Shown in pieces: positions 8,501-18,588 of a stretch of DNA of 64,000 bases. Source of the DNA: Candidatus Latescibacterota bacterium (lineage in GTDB: Bacteria > Latescibacterota > UBA2968); the NCBI GenBank assembly GCA_965207885.1, contig OZ242311.1, forward strand, positions 6,080,001-6,144,000, given 5' to 3'. Within the stretch, counting starts at the first letter, position 1; each line of letters begins with the position of its first letter. The translations under genes were made by a program, and so were the position numbers. The notes below the pieces were generated by a model. It saw nothing but the letters and a program-made list of their open reading frames with translations, had not been told where the DNA came from and searched no databases.

Positions 8501-9060
8501 AAGGCTTCTTCGAGTTGTGCAAGCGTAGGGTTTTCATCGTCATTACACAAAATGGGCAGAAGACAACTTTGCGCTGTGTGGCTGTGTTCGTTTTTACCAA
8601 CCAGAAAAGAGTAGCGGCGGGCGGGAGTAAAGTCTTCCTTGACCTTGCCCTTTTCATCGAATCTGTATTCCATCTTCACAAAAGAGAAACGCCAGTCATC
8701 GCCATTAGGCGCAACAAATGCCACCAGTGCTGCGTCTTTTAACTCACCACCGCGACTACCATTGAGATATTTCGCAACAAAATTTCTCTGCATTGTCCGG
8801 GCACGTTCCAGCGAAGTCTCTTTTTTCAGATGAATGATGAGAATATCAATGAGTTTTTCATCAGAGTCTTGGTATTTGCCTACGCGCTCTACCGAACGAA
8901 TGGAATCGGCAAAATCATCAAATATGTAGTTACCTCTGTAGGTAAATGGGGCTTCCTCAACATAGTTGAGGATATTTTTTACCAAATAGACAAAGCGATC
9001 TTTGGCGAAAGAATTTTCCAGAGTCTCCTGTACCAGTTTTTGTGCGGCAGTCTTTTCCAT
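5548..9060 (-). CDS. N6-adenine DNA methyltransferase, Eco57I/type IIG-like, with TaqI-C-type target recognition domain
   Basis: FLNGGLF, DPEMLGKVFE, GTYYTPREIV, motif I DPAVGSGEF, motif IV GNPPY, GIKTG/LRGKNI TRD motifs. Confidence 0.92.
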   Translation of the reverse strand: MEKTAAQKLVQETLENSFAKDRFVYLVKNILNYVEEAPFTYRGNYIFDDFADSIRSVERVGKYQDSDEKLIDILIIHLKKETSLERARTMQRNFVAKYLNGSRGGELKDAALVAFVAPNGDDWRFSFVKMEYRFDEKGKVKEDFTPARRYSFLVGKNEHSHTAQSCLLPILCNDDENPTLAQLEEAFSVERVTKEFFEKYRDLFLCLKESLDAIIKQDSKVKADFEAKNVDTVDFAKKLLGQIVFLYFLQKKGWFGVARGKKWGAGSKRFLRELFEKQHGDYENFFNDILEPLFYEALRLERSGDYYSRFDCRIPFLNGGLFDPLNDYDWVDTDILLPNELFSNNYKTKEGDIGNGVLDIFDRYNFTVKEDEPLEKEVAVDPEMLGKVFENLLEIKDRKSKGTYYTPREIVHYMSQESLAYHLATELEGKAKKEEIETLIKYGEAVVEHDSRVISEGRETERYAFKLPESVREHADFIDEKLETIRICDPAVGSGEFVVGMMNEIIRVRNALTTYLDDDLERNPYHFKRHAIQNCLYGVDIEPSAVEIAKLRLWLSLIVDEEERETIQPLPNLDYKIVQGDSLLSVEKNLLNNHLFVELEKLKLLHFDETSTSKKDNYKNKIDDLISKITNGRTEFDFEIYFSEIFHQNKGFNIIIGNPPYVQLQKNGGELGRYYKGIGFNTFASTGDIYQLFYEKGCGLLTPQRGLLCFITSNSWLRADYGKSTRRYFAEQHTPLRLLEIGKDIFENAIVDTNILIVRNGKSDETGKAVDMDCLPNKDFPPAENLWGQLRTQDERPWSALSAIAQTITEKIEAVGTPLKDWNIKINFGIKTGYNNAFIIDDATRQALVAADPKTAEIIKPLLRGKNIQRYQVQWSNLWLITTFPSLKLDIDDYPTVKNHLLSFGQDRLEQSGKNLAGGGRSRKKTQHSWFETQDSIAYHEDFAKEKLVWITLSNTGRFAYDDSGIYCEANTFMMTGEGIKYLCAVLNTKLICWYLQQIAPTSGMGTLLWKKIYVETIPIPKIATAVPKSLKSVADKPLSANVINPKVSRDEHDLITTIVDYIIYLKEQPSTDGKDLAYARDYMMVKYFEQIIDGLVYELYLTDELHRADKYFFKPLLDENLPPIKEITGDKMSVIRDIFEQLFDRKHTVRKTLFFLDSLKIIRIIEDKI

Positions 9061-9077
9061 TATTCGCTGACCTCCGT

Positions 9078-12000
9078 TTATTTGTTGACCAGGTATTTGG
9101 ATAAAATGACTTCCCTCGGTCCGAATGTGTGAGCAGCACTTTCGGCAAAGTGGCTTTCCAGCAATTCATCCGGGATATTGTTCTGTAGAAGTGCCAACAC
9201 CTTTAGCGGATTCGGACCGCCAGTTTTAAGCTCTTTATTGAGTGTACTGAATACAGTACTGGCTGTCTGCTTGGGCAGGGCACCTTCTTCAAATCGATTC
9301 ATGACCCGTTTGAGGTACGCTTCCTGTTCCTCGGTGTATTGCCGAAAATCTCTTAATGCCTTGAGGATTCTGAGTACTCTCATTGTGCTATCTCTGCCGC
9401 CGCGCTGGACTTTGAGTGTGCTATCTTCCTCGGTCGTTGCATCTGCGAAGGCCCGTTTATTCTTCTCCAGCTTGTCATAAAAGTCAGTAGGCAGTGTTTC
9501 GCGCTGCACTTTTGCATCTGCTTCCAGTCGTCCTGCTGCCCTCATAAAGTCAATTTCCTCGGAATCGCCTTTACCAGCAACGAAAAACTTTTGGAGCTTT
9601 CCCTTTCTGAAATAAGTCAACAATTGATTTTCTTTGTCGGCGTGTTTTCTTGCTGTCCGCGCTTTCTTCGGGAGACGCTTCACCTTCTCAAATAAGTCCG
9701 GGTCGTTATCGCGAATGTCTCTGATGACCTGCAAATACTTCAATTCAGTGACCTCTTCCTCGTCTTCCCCTGTAATGATATTTTTCGACATAAGACGGTC
9801 AAAAAGTTCATGCGATTCTATATCTTCACCTTCGGTCAAGAGCCTCGCGTCGGCACCCAAAAGCGTGATGAAAGCCTGTATTTTTGTCTCTGCAGCTTCC
9901 TTCAGTTTTATTTCATCATTGGATTGCTCGGTCGGGAAAAAGTTGAAACTGTAAATCTTTTCAAACTGGGTATCTACACGGTTGATGCGTCCGACGCGCT
10001 GCATAAGCCGCGTAGGATTCCACGGAATGTCGTAGTTGATGACGACATTGGAGCGGTGCAGATTCACGCCCTCGGACAATACTTCCGTCGCGATAAGGAT
10101 TCTGTAATCGTCTTTGGGGACGCGGGCACGCGCGTCAAAGTTCTTAATGACTGTTTCCCTTGTGCCCGCGCTTGATGCACCGGTAAAGGCGATCACTGCA
10201 CCGGGAAATTCGTCCTCCAAACACGCGGCGAGGTAGTCGGCGGTTTCTTTGGACTCGGTAAAGACGATAAGCTTGTTTTTCTTCAAGACAGAGCGGGTTG
10301 AGAGAATCTCTACAAAGGAAAGGAGTTTCGGGTCGCGTTTTACGCTGCGCCATAAGCTTTGTATCTCCTTGAGAATTTGTAGGTCTCTATTCAGGTCCTC
10401 TTTTAGCTCGTCAGAGAAATCCTCTGCCAGATATTCTGATGCTTTATCGCGATCAATGAGTTCCTGAATTGCTTCATCATCGTCTTTTCCCAGTAGTTCA
10501 AATAATTTATTGGCGTGGTCTTTACTGACAAAAACTTTTCCTTTCTCCAGTGCTGCGAGAAACAGTTCATGATTGGAAACGAAACGATCCACTGTATTGC
10601 GGAAGGCGTGAAAACTACTTTCCAGTCGCTTGATGAGCAAAATTTTCATGAATCTACCCAGGTTCTTTTGGGACTGTATTCCGAGTTGGTCCAGTTGCTC
10701 CTCACCCTCGTAATAGAGCATGGGCATATAGCGAGCGTATCTTAATTCTTGTGTGATAAGTTCAACAGTCTCATTGAAAATTTTGTTTTCTTTTATACTG
10801 AGTTGATAGAATAGAGGTTCGGGATCCTCTACTATGGGAAACCGAAACCCTTGCTTGTGCAGATCGTCGGCAAAGTAGGTTTCAATCTCTTGTCTCGTGC
10901 GTCGTACCATCAGATATTTCAGAACATTCTCGCGGATAGTAAGCGCATTGTCCTTGATGGTTTGCAGGTATTCAATACGGTCTCTTTGTCTATCCAAGTT
11001 TTTGATCTTCCGATCTAGTGCTCCAAAGAATGACTCAAGATTCGGCACATTTGGGATGGTGCTTTTCTTCGCGTTTTGAAACAGTTTGATCTGGCTCAAA
11101 ATATCTCTCGGTGTGTTGTTGAGTGGGGTCGCCGTGATCAATGCAACTCTTTTGCCCCGGCAGATTTGAGCGAGTTTTTCATAGGTGACGTTTGTTTCCG
11201 TGCGAAAGCGGTGTGCCTCGTCTATGAATACGTTTTTGTATTTTTCAGTGCCTTGGCGAATAAGTTGATCCAGCTTACCCAATGATCTGTAATCCGCTGG
11301 TACTCTGAAGTCAGAAAAGACATTGGGCCAAGAGCCGGGGTTCGCTGAATCCAGCAATACAGGTGGTGCCAGTACAAGCGTCCTACCGTCCAACTGGCCT
11401 GCTAGCATGGCGGATACATAAGTTTTTCCAAGTCCCACGACATCTGAAATGAAAACCCCGCCGTACTCTTCAAGGATCTTTTTTGCGTTCAAGACAGCCT
11501 GTTCCTGATATTCCAGCCGCTTAAACCCTGTTGGAATATACTTGAAGATTACTTCATCGGTTTGGCGAAGCTCATCCTTGAAATATTCATAGAGAAACTT
11601 GAGATAAAGCTCGTAAGGGATAATGGTATTGTTGAGCCAGGTGTTTTTCTGAATGGTCTCAATATATTTATCTTTCACATCAACGGCGTTTTCCCAGAGA
11701 TATTCAAACTTCTGCCTGGCAAAGTCATAATCGGAGCGCATCTTGAGTTCTACATTGAACTCAAGATTATCTACCAGGCCAGACTGCGTGAAGTTGCTTG
11801 ATCCGGTGATCACACGACCAACGTCACGGTCATCCTCGCCAAAAGACATGATGTAGAGCTTGGCATGGATATTTTCCGTTGGATATGCTTTAATCTCCAA
11901 CTTTCCAATTTTCAGCCATTCCAAAAACTTTGCCACTCCTTGTTCAACCTTCTTGCTGTCTTCGGCATTTGCCATCTCTCCGACAAGTAGATCGGAAAAA

Positions 12001-12272
12001 TGCTCCTTCGTCTCCGCGTGGGAAAATTGAAGCTCTTGCTGACGTGCCTGCTCAATCAGGTTAAGCGTTTGCCTATTCGTGCTGATACCGATGAGAATTC
12101 TGATCTTTTTCGTCTTCTCCAGTGATCGATAAAGCGCGTGGAAGCCACTGGTATAGAAATAGCCGACGAGGACATCAAAAAACTCGGTGTCTTTGATCAG
12201 CACCCTGAACCGCTCAAGGAGATTTTGGCCTTTTTCGTTTGTGACGAATGTGAGGTCGGAATGGGCAGTCAT
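9078..12272 (-). CDS. Phospholipase-D-family nuclease fused to SNF2/SF2 helicase (restriction subunit)
   Basis: VGYF, HAKLY...GSSNFT...EFN PLD motifs; DVVGLGKT, DEAH, TATP, SEGVNL, QRVGRINR helicase motifs. Confidence 0.92.
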   Translation of the reverse strand: MTAHSDLTFVTNEKGQNLLERFRVLIKDTEFFDVLVGYFYTSGFHALYRSLEKTKKIRILIGISTNRQTLNLIEQARQQELQFSHAETKEHFSDLLVGEMANAEDSKKVEQGVAKFLEWLKIGKLEIKAYPTENIHAKLYIMSFGEDDRDVGRVITGSSNFTQSGLVDNLEFNVELKMRSDYDFARQKFEYLWENAVDVKDKYIETIQKNTWLNNTIIPYELYLKFLYEYFKDELRQTDEVIFKYIPTGFKRLEYQEQAVLNAKKILEEYGGVFISDVVGLGKTYVSAMLAGQLDGRTLVLAPPVLLDSANPGSWPNVFSDFRVPADYRSLGKLDQLIRQGTEKYKNVFIDEAHRFRTETNVTYEKLAQICRGKRVALITATPLNNTPRDILSQIKLFQNAKKSTIPNVPNLESFFGALDRKIKNLDRQRDRIEYLQTIKDNALTIRENVLKYLMVRRTRQEIETYFADDLHKQGFRFPIVEDPEPLFYQLSIKENKIFNETVELITQELRYARYMPMLYYEGEEQLDQLGIQSQKNLGRFMKILLIKRLESSFHAFRNTVDRFVSNHELFLAALEKGKVFVSKDHANKLFELLGKDDDEAIQELIDRDKASEYLAEDFSDELKEDLNRDLQILKEIQSLWRSVKRDPKLLSFVEILSTRSVLKKNKLIVFTESKETADYLAACLEDEFPGAVIAFTGASSAGTRETVIKNFDARARVPKDDYRILIATEVLSEGVNLHRSNVVINYDIPWNPTRLMQRVGRINRVDTQFEKIYSFNFFPTEQSNDEIKLKEAAETKIQAFITLLGADARLLTEGEDIESHELFDRLMSKNIITGEDEEEVTELKYLQVIRDIRDNDPDLFEKVKRLPKKARTARKHADKENQLLTYFRKGKLQKFFVAGKGDSEEIDFMRAAGRLEADAKVQRETLPTDFYDKLEKNKRAFADATTEEDSTLKVQRGGRDSTMRVLRILKALRDFRQYTEEQEAYLKRVMNRFEEGALPKQTASTVFSTLNKELKTGGPNPLKVLALLQNNIPDELLESHFAESAAHTFGPREVILSKYLVNK

Positions 12273-12316
12273 AATTATTTGACCTTATATCCTACAGAGA
12301 GCTTTGATGAGAATCG

Positions 12317-13129
12317 CTATGCGGGAACAGTTACGCGATCGACGTATTCCTCAAAGAGCGCAATGTCTTCTTTCATCATGTCGGGATTGTCTTTGAGGAA
12401 GAAGCCGACGAGGGCCACGTCATTTTCGCGCATGGCTTTGCCCATGGTTTCAAAGGCTTCGAGGATGGGTTTGTTGCCACCTGCGAAGACTTTGTAGTGT
12501 ACGACGGGACAGGGGATGGTGGCGATGACGCCGAGCATTTTTGCGCGGTCTTCTTCTTCCCATTTTTCGCCTTTGTCACTGTGGTGCGCGCTGCGAGAGC
12601 GGTCCGTGGGATTGTAATAGCTGCACATCTGGAAATCGGGGTCCAGGTTGTCGCGCACCCATTCGTGTGCCGCGGGTTGATGGGCTGCAAATCCAGATGC
12701 GACGCCTGCATTGGACATTGTGTCGATTGCTTCGTAAAAATTGTCCCACTGTTCTGTGGCATACCAGTTATCGACCACGCCGCCGTGGATATAGGTGCCG
12801 CTTGCGCCCAGTTCGATGGATGCGCGGAGCCATTTGCGCCAGGCATCGGGTTTGCCGCGCTCGATGCATACTTGCGAGAACCACTGGATGCTGCCGCCTT
12901 CATCCCAGTATTCTTCGAGGAGTCCCATGATGTGGTCGTCTGTGCGTCCAAAGAAGGTGTTGATGCCGAGTTCTTCGGCCTGTCGCCAGGTGTCTTTGAT
13001 GCGGCTGGGGGTGTAATAATCGGTCATTTCTTTGCTGCGTTCTCTGGTCTGGTGCGAAAATCCGCTGAACGGGTTGCCGCCAATACAGAGGCCCGAGACG
13101 CTGACGCCGCCTATGTTTGCGTATCGCAT
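12317..13129 (-). CDS. Conserved hypothetical protein, aldo/keto-reductase-like TIM barrel
   Basis: VSGLCIGGNPFSGFSH start and YKVFAGG end; GGAG RBS. Confidence 0.65.
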   Translation of the reverse strand: MRYANIGGVSVSGLCIGGNPFSGFSHQTRERSKEMTDYYTPSRIKDTWRQAEELGINTFFGRTDDHIMGLLEEYWDEGGSIQWFSQVCIERGKPDAWRKWLRASIELGASGTYIHGGVVDNWYATEQWDNFYEAIDTMSNAGVASGFAAHQPAAHEWVRDNLDPDFQMCSYYNPTDRSRSAHHSDKGEKWEEEDRAKMLGVIATIPCPVVHYKVFAGGNKPILEAFETMGKAMRENDVALVGFFLKDNPDMMKEDIALFEEYVDRVTVPA

Positions 13130-13140
13130 GTTTTGCTCTC

Positions 13141-14760
13141 CTATGGACGCATGAAGCCGGAAAAAAAGTCGTTGCCTTTGTCGTCAACGACGATGAATGC
13201 GGGAAAATTTTCGACTTCGATGCGCCATATCGCTTCCATGCCGAGTTCGGGATATTCCTGGCACTCGACTTTGCGTATGGCGTCTTTGGCGAGGCGAGCG
13301 GCGGGACCTCCGATGGAGCCGAGGTAAAATCCGCCGTGTTTTTTGCACGCTTCTGTTACTTGCCGCGAGCGATTGCCTTTGGCGAGCATGATCATGCTGC
13401 CGCCTTCTGATTGGAATGAATCGACGTAGCTGTCCATGCGCCCTGCGGTTGTGGGACCAAATGAACCGGAGGCGTATCCTTCGGGTGTTTTGGCGGGTCC
13501 CGCGTAATAGACGCACAGGTTCTTGAAGTATTGCGGAAGCCCTTCGCCGCTGTCTATGCGCTCCTGGAGTTTGGCGTGGGCAATATCGCGTGCGACGATC
13601 ATGGGGCCGGAGAGGGATAAGCGCGTGCTGACCGGATATTTGCTGAGGGTTTCGCGCACTTTGTCCATGGGCTGGTTGAGGTCGATTTTTGCGACGTCGC
13701 CACTGAGGGCTTCTTCATCGACTTCGGGGAGGTATTTCGCCGGGTCGCTTTCCAGTTCTTCGAGGAAGATGCCTTCGCGCGTTATTTTTCCCAGGATTTG
13801 TCGGTCGGCAGAGCAGGATACGGCAATGCCGACGGGGCAGGATGCGCCGTGTCGAGGCAGGCGAATAACGCGCACATCGTGGCAGAAGTATTTGCCGCCA
13901 AATTGCGCGCCAATGCCGAGTTCGTGGCTCATTTCCAGGACTTGTTTTTCCATTTCGAGATCGCGGAATGCCTGGCCGTATTCATTGCCCTGTGTGGGCA
14001 AGGTGTCGAGATATTTGGCACTTGCGAGTTTGGCGGTTTTGAGGGTGTATTCTGCGGATGTGCCGCCAATGACGAGGGCGAGGTGATAGGGCGGGCAGGC
14101 GGCTGTGCCGAGTTCGCGCAGGCGTTGGTCGATGAAGTCGCGCAGGCGTTCGGGATTGAGCAGTGCTCGGGTTTCCTGGTAGAGCAGGCTTTTGTTGGCG
14201 GATCCGCCGCCTTTGGCCATGAACATGAATTTGTATGTATCCCCTTGCTCGGAATAGATCTCGATTTGAGCGGGCAGGTTGGTTTTTGTATTTGCCTCCT
14301 GAAACATGTCGAGTGGCGCCAGTTGGCTGTAGCGCAGGTTTGTTTCCAGAAAGGCTCTGGTAATGCCCTGTGCGAGCGCGGCTTCGTCGCTGCCGTCGGT
14401 CCACACGCGATTGCCCCTTTTGCCCATGATAATGGCTGTGCCCGTGTCCTGACACATGGGGAGGACGCCGCCTGCGGCGATGTTGGCATTTTTGAGCATT
14501 TCAATGGCGACAAAGCGGTCGTTGTCCGAGGCTTCGGGGTCGTCGAGTATTTTGGTCAGTTGTTTTAAGTGTGCAGGGCGGAGCAGGTGCGCGCTGTCTC
14601 GAATGGCGCGGTCCGCCAGCATGGTGAGGCCCTCGGGTTCGACTTTGAGGATTTCCTGGCCCTCAAATTGTCCCGTTGATATATAATCGGTTGTGAGCAA
14701 CTGGTAGGGGGTTTCATCTTCTCCGAGGGGTATCATTTCGCGGTGTTCGTAGGTGTCCAT
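13141..14760 (-). CDS. fumA: Class I (Fe-S) fumarate hydratase
   Basis: [46 protein letters not shown] motifs. ATG at 14760 with AAGG RBS. Confidence 0.95.
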   Translation of the reverse strand: MDTYEHREMIPLGEDETPYQLLTTDYISTGQFEGQEILKVEPEGLTMLADRAIRDSAHLLRPAHLKQLTKILDDPEASDNDRFVAIEMLKNANIAAGGVLPMCQDTGTAIIMGKRGNRVWTDGSDEAALAQGITRAFLETNLRYSQLAPLDMFQEANTKTNLPAQIEIYSEQGDTYKFMFMAKGGGSANKSLLYQETRALLNPERLRDFIDQRLRELGTAACPPYHLALVIGGTSAEYTLKTAKLASAKYLDTLPTQGNEYGQAFRDLEMEKQVLEMSHELGIGAQFGGKYFCHDVRVIRLPRHGASCPVGIAVSCSADRQILGKITREGIFLEELESDPAKYLPEVDEEALSGDVAKIDLNQPMDKVRETLSKYPVSTRLSLSGPMIVARDIAHAKLQERIDSGEGLPQYFKNLCVYYAGPAKTPEGYASGSFGPTTAGRMDSYVDSFQSEGGSMIMLAKGNRSRQVTEACKKHGGFYLGSIGGPAARLAKDAIRKVECQEYPELGMEAIWRIEVENFPAFIVVDDKGNDFFSGFMRP

Positions 14761-14780
14761 TTTTCCCTTTCTTGTCGGCT

Positions 14781-15869
14781 TTATTGTTCCAGCCATTCGA
14801 GGTCAAAGCGAGCGACGGTGACGTATCGCGTGTCGTTTTGTCGCGTGAAGATCTGGTTTTCGTATATGCAGCATATTGTGCCGTCGGCTGTTTGGGCGAG
14901 GTCTGAATAACTCGAGGGTCCCGGTTCGAGGATTTTGGAGACGGGCCAGGTCTGGCAGTCGTCGGTGCTCATTTTGACGGTGAGGCGTTTGCGGTCGTAA
15001 GAGACGCGGCCCGGTCTGGCAAATTCGCGTTCGAGGTTGTCGGGGTTGGCAAAAATGATGTTGCCGTTTTGGAGTTTGAGGATGCTGCCCATGCACACGG
15101 GTTCGAGCAGGGCGTCGTCAAATTTTAGCTCTGACCAGTTGGTCGCGCCATCGGGGCTGGTGGTGATGAGGCGGCGATGGCGTTTGGATTCCGTGCGGAT
15201 GTTGAATAAGACGCGCCCGTCGTTGCGTTCAACGGGGAGTGTTTCGCTGGGGTTGATGTATTCGCCTTCTGTGCGTACGATAATGTCACTGCGCTGCCAT
15301 GTTTGCGCGTGGTCGTCGCTGTAGATGCCCGCGACTGTGGAGGGGCGATGCCCGAGTTTGCCCGGGCCAAATTCCGTGCCGCCGCCGTCCGACATCCAGA
15401 TGGGTACGATGAGGCGTCCGTTTTGAAGTTGGATGCCGTGCCCGGGTCCAGTAGCGATGACGCGCCAGGGATATTGTTCGCGGAAGGGTGTGAGTGCATC
15501 TGTGATTTCGGTGGGGTCGGACCATGTGGCGCCGTCGTCTTTGCTTTGCATGTAGAAGACGCGGGCGTAGTTGTGACAGTAGAGGGCGTGTACTGCGCCG
15601 TCTTTGCGGTCGGAGATCATGACGAAGTTGCTGATGGGGCCTTCGCCATATGTGTCGCAACGGGCAACGACGGTGGGTGAGTCCCAGGTCTGACCACCAT
15701 CTGCACTTCGCCGCATAAGCACGTCATTGCCGTCCCAATCGCCGCCTCTGCCGCGTCGCGCTTCCGCCGTGGCGAGGAGGATGTTGTTTTGCGTGCAGAG
15801 AATGCCCGGTACGCGGTAGATGTGATATCCGTTTGTTCGACCTTCAAAGAGGTGGGTTTTGTCTATCAT
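14781..15869 (-). CDS. Exo-alpha-sialidase (GH33-like, Asp-box beta-propeller), no signal peptide
   Basis: YRVP (RIP) motif, Asp boxes [40 protein letters not shown]; GPG.GIQL and SYSDL. Confidence 0.9.
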   Translation of the reverse strand: MIDKTHLFEGRTNGYHIYRVPGILCTQNNILLATAEARRGRGGDWDGNDVLMRRSADGGQTWDSPTVVARCDTYGEGPISNFVMISDRKDGAVHALYCHNYARVFYMQSKDDGATWSDPTEITDALTPFREQYPWRVIATGPGHGIQLQNGRLIVPIWMSDGGGTEFGPGKLGHRPSTVAGIYSDDHAQTWQRSDIIVRTEGEYINPSETLPVERNDGRVLFNIRTESKRHRRLITTSPDGATNWSELKFDDALLEPVCMGSILKLQNGNIIFANPDNLEREFARPGRVSYDRKRLTVKMSTDDCQTWPVSKILEPGPSSYSDLAQTADGTICCIYENQIFTRQNDTRYVTVARFDLEWLEQ

Positions 15870-15899
15870 GAGATGCTCCGTTTATGTTGAGGAATTTTA

Positions 15900-16045
15900 T
15901 TAGAAAGTATATAATTATACCATAATAAGATAAAGAACAAGCCAAAAAATTGCGAATAGGTTGAGAGATGAACCACATGGAACATATTCCGCTTGTAGAA
16001 AGCAGTACAGATCTTATATTGTTTTCTTGGAAACTACAAGGGAGG
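15900..16045. promoter_or_regulatory. AT-rich divergent promoter region
   Basis: Minus strand: extended -10 TGGTATAAT (15921-15913). Plus strand: TTGTAG-16-TATATT (15993-16020) and GGGAGG RBS. Confidence 0.55.
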
Positions 16046-16049
16046 CAAT

Positions 16050-16889
16050 ATGTCTGCTCCACGTATCGATGACCGCGACTGGTCCGCCCTGACTTCGGGC
16101 GAGCGCATTCGCCAGATTGAGGTTGAGGGCTATCTTCTGATTCCCGATTTGTTGACGCCCGAGCATCTGGCCCGGCTCAAGGCGATAACCGATAGTTTGG
16201 AAACCACTCCGGTGGATTACAGCATCCATCAGCGGGGACGGAGTGACATCCAGTTCCTCGGTGGTGAAATCACCGACCTCATCGCCCATCCCCCGACGGT
16301 CGCCTTTCTGAGGGAACTTCTGGGGGAGGATATCATCCTGTCGCATTACGGCTATGCCCGCTCAGAGCCAGGGCACCCCGGCATTAGCCTCCATACGGAC
16401 GGTCAACCCTACGGTTCGCGCATCTTTGGTTATCTGGGTAGCGTACCGGTCATGGTCCGGGTGCTGTATTATCTGGACGACCTGACCCCAGAGGTCTCTC
16501 CATTCCGCGTAATTCCCCGATCGCACCTCTCCATGCACGCAGACGGCAATCCCTACCAGCGCTTCGAGTCCCATCCAGAGGAGGTCATGGTCACCGCAAG
16601 AGCCGGTTCTGCGATGTTTATTAACCACAAGGTCTTCCATGGCAATTTCCCCAATGTCGGCGACTGGCCCCGCTCGATGCTGGCTATTGCTTACCGCCCG
16701 GCCTGGGCCGGTCCTGTCCAGAAAGTTGAAGGGTGGGATCCGCAGGCCGTCGCCGCGCTGCCCGATGTCGTGAGGCCCTTTTTCGGAGACCGCAACACCC
16801 GCCACTGGACCCCCGAAGGGGACAACAAACCGCCCGACATGGCCAGTCAGGCCCCGGGTATCAATCCCAGCCGATGGGAACGCAAGTAA
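16050..16889 (+). CDS. Phytanoyl-CoA dioxygenase (PhyH) family Fe(II)/2OG oxygenase
   Basis: EGYLLIP, HTD triad start, VIPRSH, FHG..N...R. Confidence 0.88.
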   Translation: MSAPRIDDRDWSALTSGERIRQIEVEGYLLIPDLLTPEHLARLKAITDSLETTPVDYSIHQRGRSDIQFLGGEITDLIAHPPTVAFLRELLGEDIILSHYGYARSEPGHPGISLHTDGQPYGSRIFGYLGSVPVMVRVLYYLDDLTPEVSPFRVIPRSHLSMHADGNPYQRFESHPEEVMVTARAGSAMFINHKVFHGNFPNVGDWPRSMLAIAYRPAWAGPVQKVEGWDPQAVAALPDVVRPFFGDRNTRHWTPEGDNKPPDMASQAPGINPSRWERK

Positions 16890-16898
16890 GGAGAACGA

Positions 16899-17681
16899 AT
16901 GTATCCCAATCCACTTAAACAGAAGCTTAGAAAGGGCGATATCGTGCTGGGGACCTCCCTGCCGGTCCCCTCATCCCTCGTCCTTGGAACCATCGTGCAG
17001 GCCCGGCCAGACTTTGTCTGGATCGATACGGAACACGCCCCGTTCGCCACCGAATCCCTGGACGCTATCCCCGTCCTTGCCAGGCAGAATGGCGTGGCGC
17101 CGATGATCCGCGTGGCGTGGAACGACCCGGCTCTGATCAAGAAGGCCTTTGATGTCGGCGCCGTGGCCGTGATGGTGCCTCAGGTCAATACCGCCGAAGA
17201 GGCCGCTCGGGCAGTGCAATATGCCCGTTACCCCCCTGAAGGACAGCGCGGGCTTTCCCCCATGTGGACCCGCATAGCCGGCGAAGACTGGAACCACGTC
17301 ATCAAAACTGCAAACGCAGAGACCGTATTGATCCTCCAGGTCGAGAGCCAGGAGGCTTACGACAATATCGACGAAATCAAGGAGATCGCAGGCATTGACG
17401 TCCTGCTCGTAGGGCCGCTGGATCTGTCCGCATCGGTCGGAAAGATTACCGAAACCAGCGCCAGGGAAGTTCAGGAGATTATGCGGGATGTTCCCGGGCG
17501 GCTGGAAGGGTCCGGCATTGTCGCCGGCACTACGCTTGTGGATCTCTCCGAGATTCAGGAGAAACTTCGCTGGGGCTACCGCTTTATGAATGTCGGCAAT
17601 ATTCTCGCTTATGGCACGCAGGTCCTGACCCAAAATCTCGAAATCTTACGCGCCAATCCTGGTGGGGGGGCTGAAGAATGA
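16899..17681 (+). CDS. HpcH/HpaI aldolase family
   Basis: WIDTEH, PMIRV, PQV.TAEEA, YPPEGQRG, QVES, GPLDLS. Confidence 0.9.
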   Translation: MYPNPLKQKLRKGDIVLGTSLPVPSSLVLGTIVQARPDFVWIDTEHAPFATESLDAIPVLARQNGVAPMIRVAWNDPALIKKAFDVGAVAVMVPQVNTAEEAARAVQYARYPPEGQRGLSPMWTRIAGEDWNHVIKTANAETVLILQVESQEAYDNIDEIKEIAGIDVLLVGPLDLSASVGKITETSAREVQEIMRDVPGRLEGSGIVAGTTLVDLSEIQEKLRWGYRFMNVGNILAYGTQVLTQNLEILRANPGGGAEE

Positions 17682-18541
17682 CAGAATCACTACGCCTGCT
17701 CTCTATTGGGGCGCATCCGGCCGATATTTTTGACCAGTCGGGCGGCACTATGGCCCATCACGTCAGCCGCGGCGACGATGTGCGGTGTGCGGTGCTGACC
17801 CACGGCGCACGGGTACACGATGCCGTGATCAGCGACGCGATGTTTCACCAGGAGGAAGTGCCGGAAGGGGCCGAGCTTCTGAAGATGATGCAGGAGCGCT
17901 CCGATGTCAAAGCGGCGGAGGTGCGCGCGGCCTGTGCGATTCTGGGTGTAGAAGAGATCTACTTTTTCGGCGCCGATGATTCGGTTCTGCTCGTCAAGGA
18001 CGAGACGGTGAGGCGTCTGGCAAGGCTGCTGCGAGAGCTCCGTCCCGATATCGTCCTGACCCACTTTCCCAAAGAGGGTGACAGCCTGACCAACGCGCAC
18101 GCCACCGCCGGGCAGATCGTGATGCACGCCATCGGGCTGGCCAACAGCGTTGATCCCGGTGACCGAAATCCCCCCCATCGGGTCGCGCAGGTCTTTTATT
18201 TTGGGGGAGGCGGTGGGGGGATTCCCCGGCGGGTCTGGGATTCCGAGGGGGGCTACTACAACGATGTCTTCATCGATATCACTGATGTCGTGGAGAAAAA
18301 GCTGGCGGCGCTGGACTGCCTGGTGAGCCAGGGATACGGCGGTGCCTATGCCCGAAAACGGATCGAGACCAGCGACGGCGCGTTTGGCAGCGCGGGGGGC
18401 TGCGCTTACGCAGAAGGCTTTATCTCCCTGAACGCTGAAACCCATTCCTTCCTTCCGCTGACCGAGCACGCGCTCAGGATTGCCCGTTCATCCGACCACG
18501 AGAATATCAGTCGCAACTCCTACCGCATCCCGGTGGATTGA
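17678..18541 (+). CDS. PIG-L/LmbE family zinc protein (de-N-acetylase, or GalB-like hydratase)
   Basis: GAHPAD..GGT, E...AC.ILG, RPDIVLTH, DITDV.EKK, YAEGF. Confidence 0.82.
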   Translation: MTESLRLLSIGAHPADIFDQSGGTMAHHVSRGDDVRCAVLTHGARVHDAVISDAMFHQEEVPEGAELLKMMQERSDVKAAEVRAACAILGVEEIYFFGADDSVLLVKDETVRRLARLLRELRPDIVLTHFPKEGDSLTNAHATAGQIVMHAIGLANSVDPGDRNPPHRVAQVFYFGGGGGGIPRRVWDSEGGYYNDVFIDITDVVEKKLAALDCLVSQGYGGAYARKRIETSDGAFGSAGGCAYAEGFISLNAETHSFLPLTEHALRIARSSDHENISRNSYRIPVD

Positions 18542-18588
18542 GAAGTTCTGCGAACGGCTCATTGATCCGCCCCACACGGATGGATTCC

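Noticed and set aside
4097-12272. Calling the locus DISARM or BREX
   Set aside because: No DrmA/DrmB (DUF1998) and no PglZ/BrxC genes in the window.
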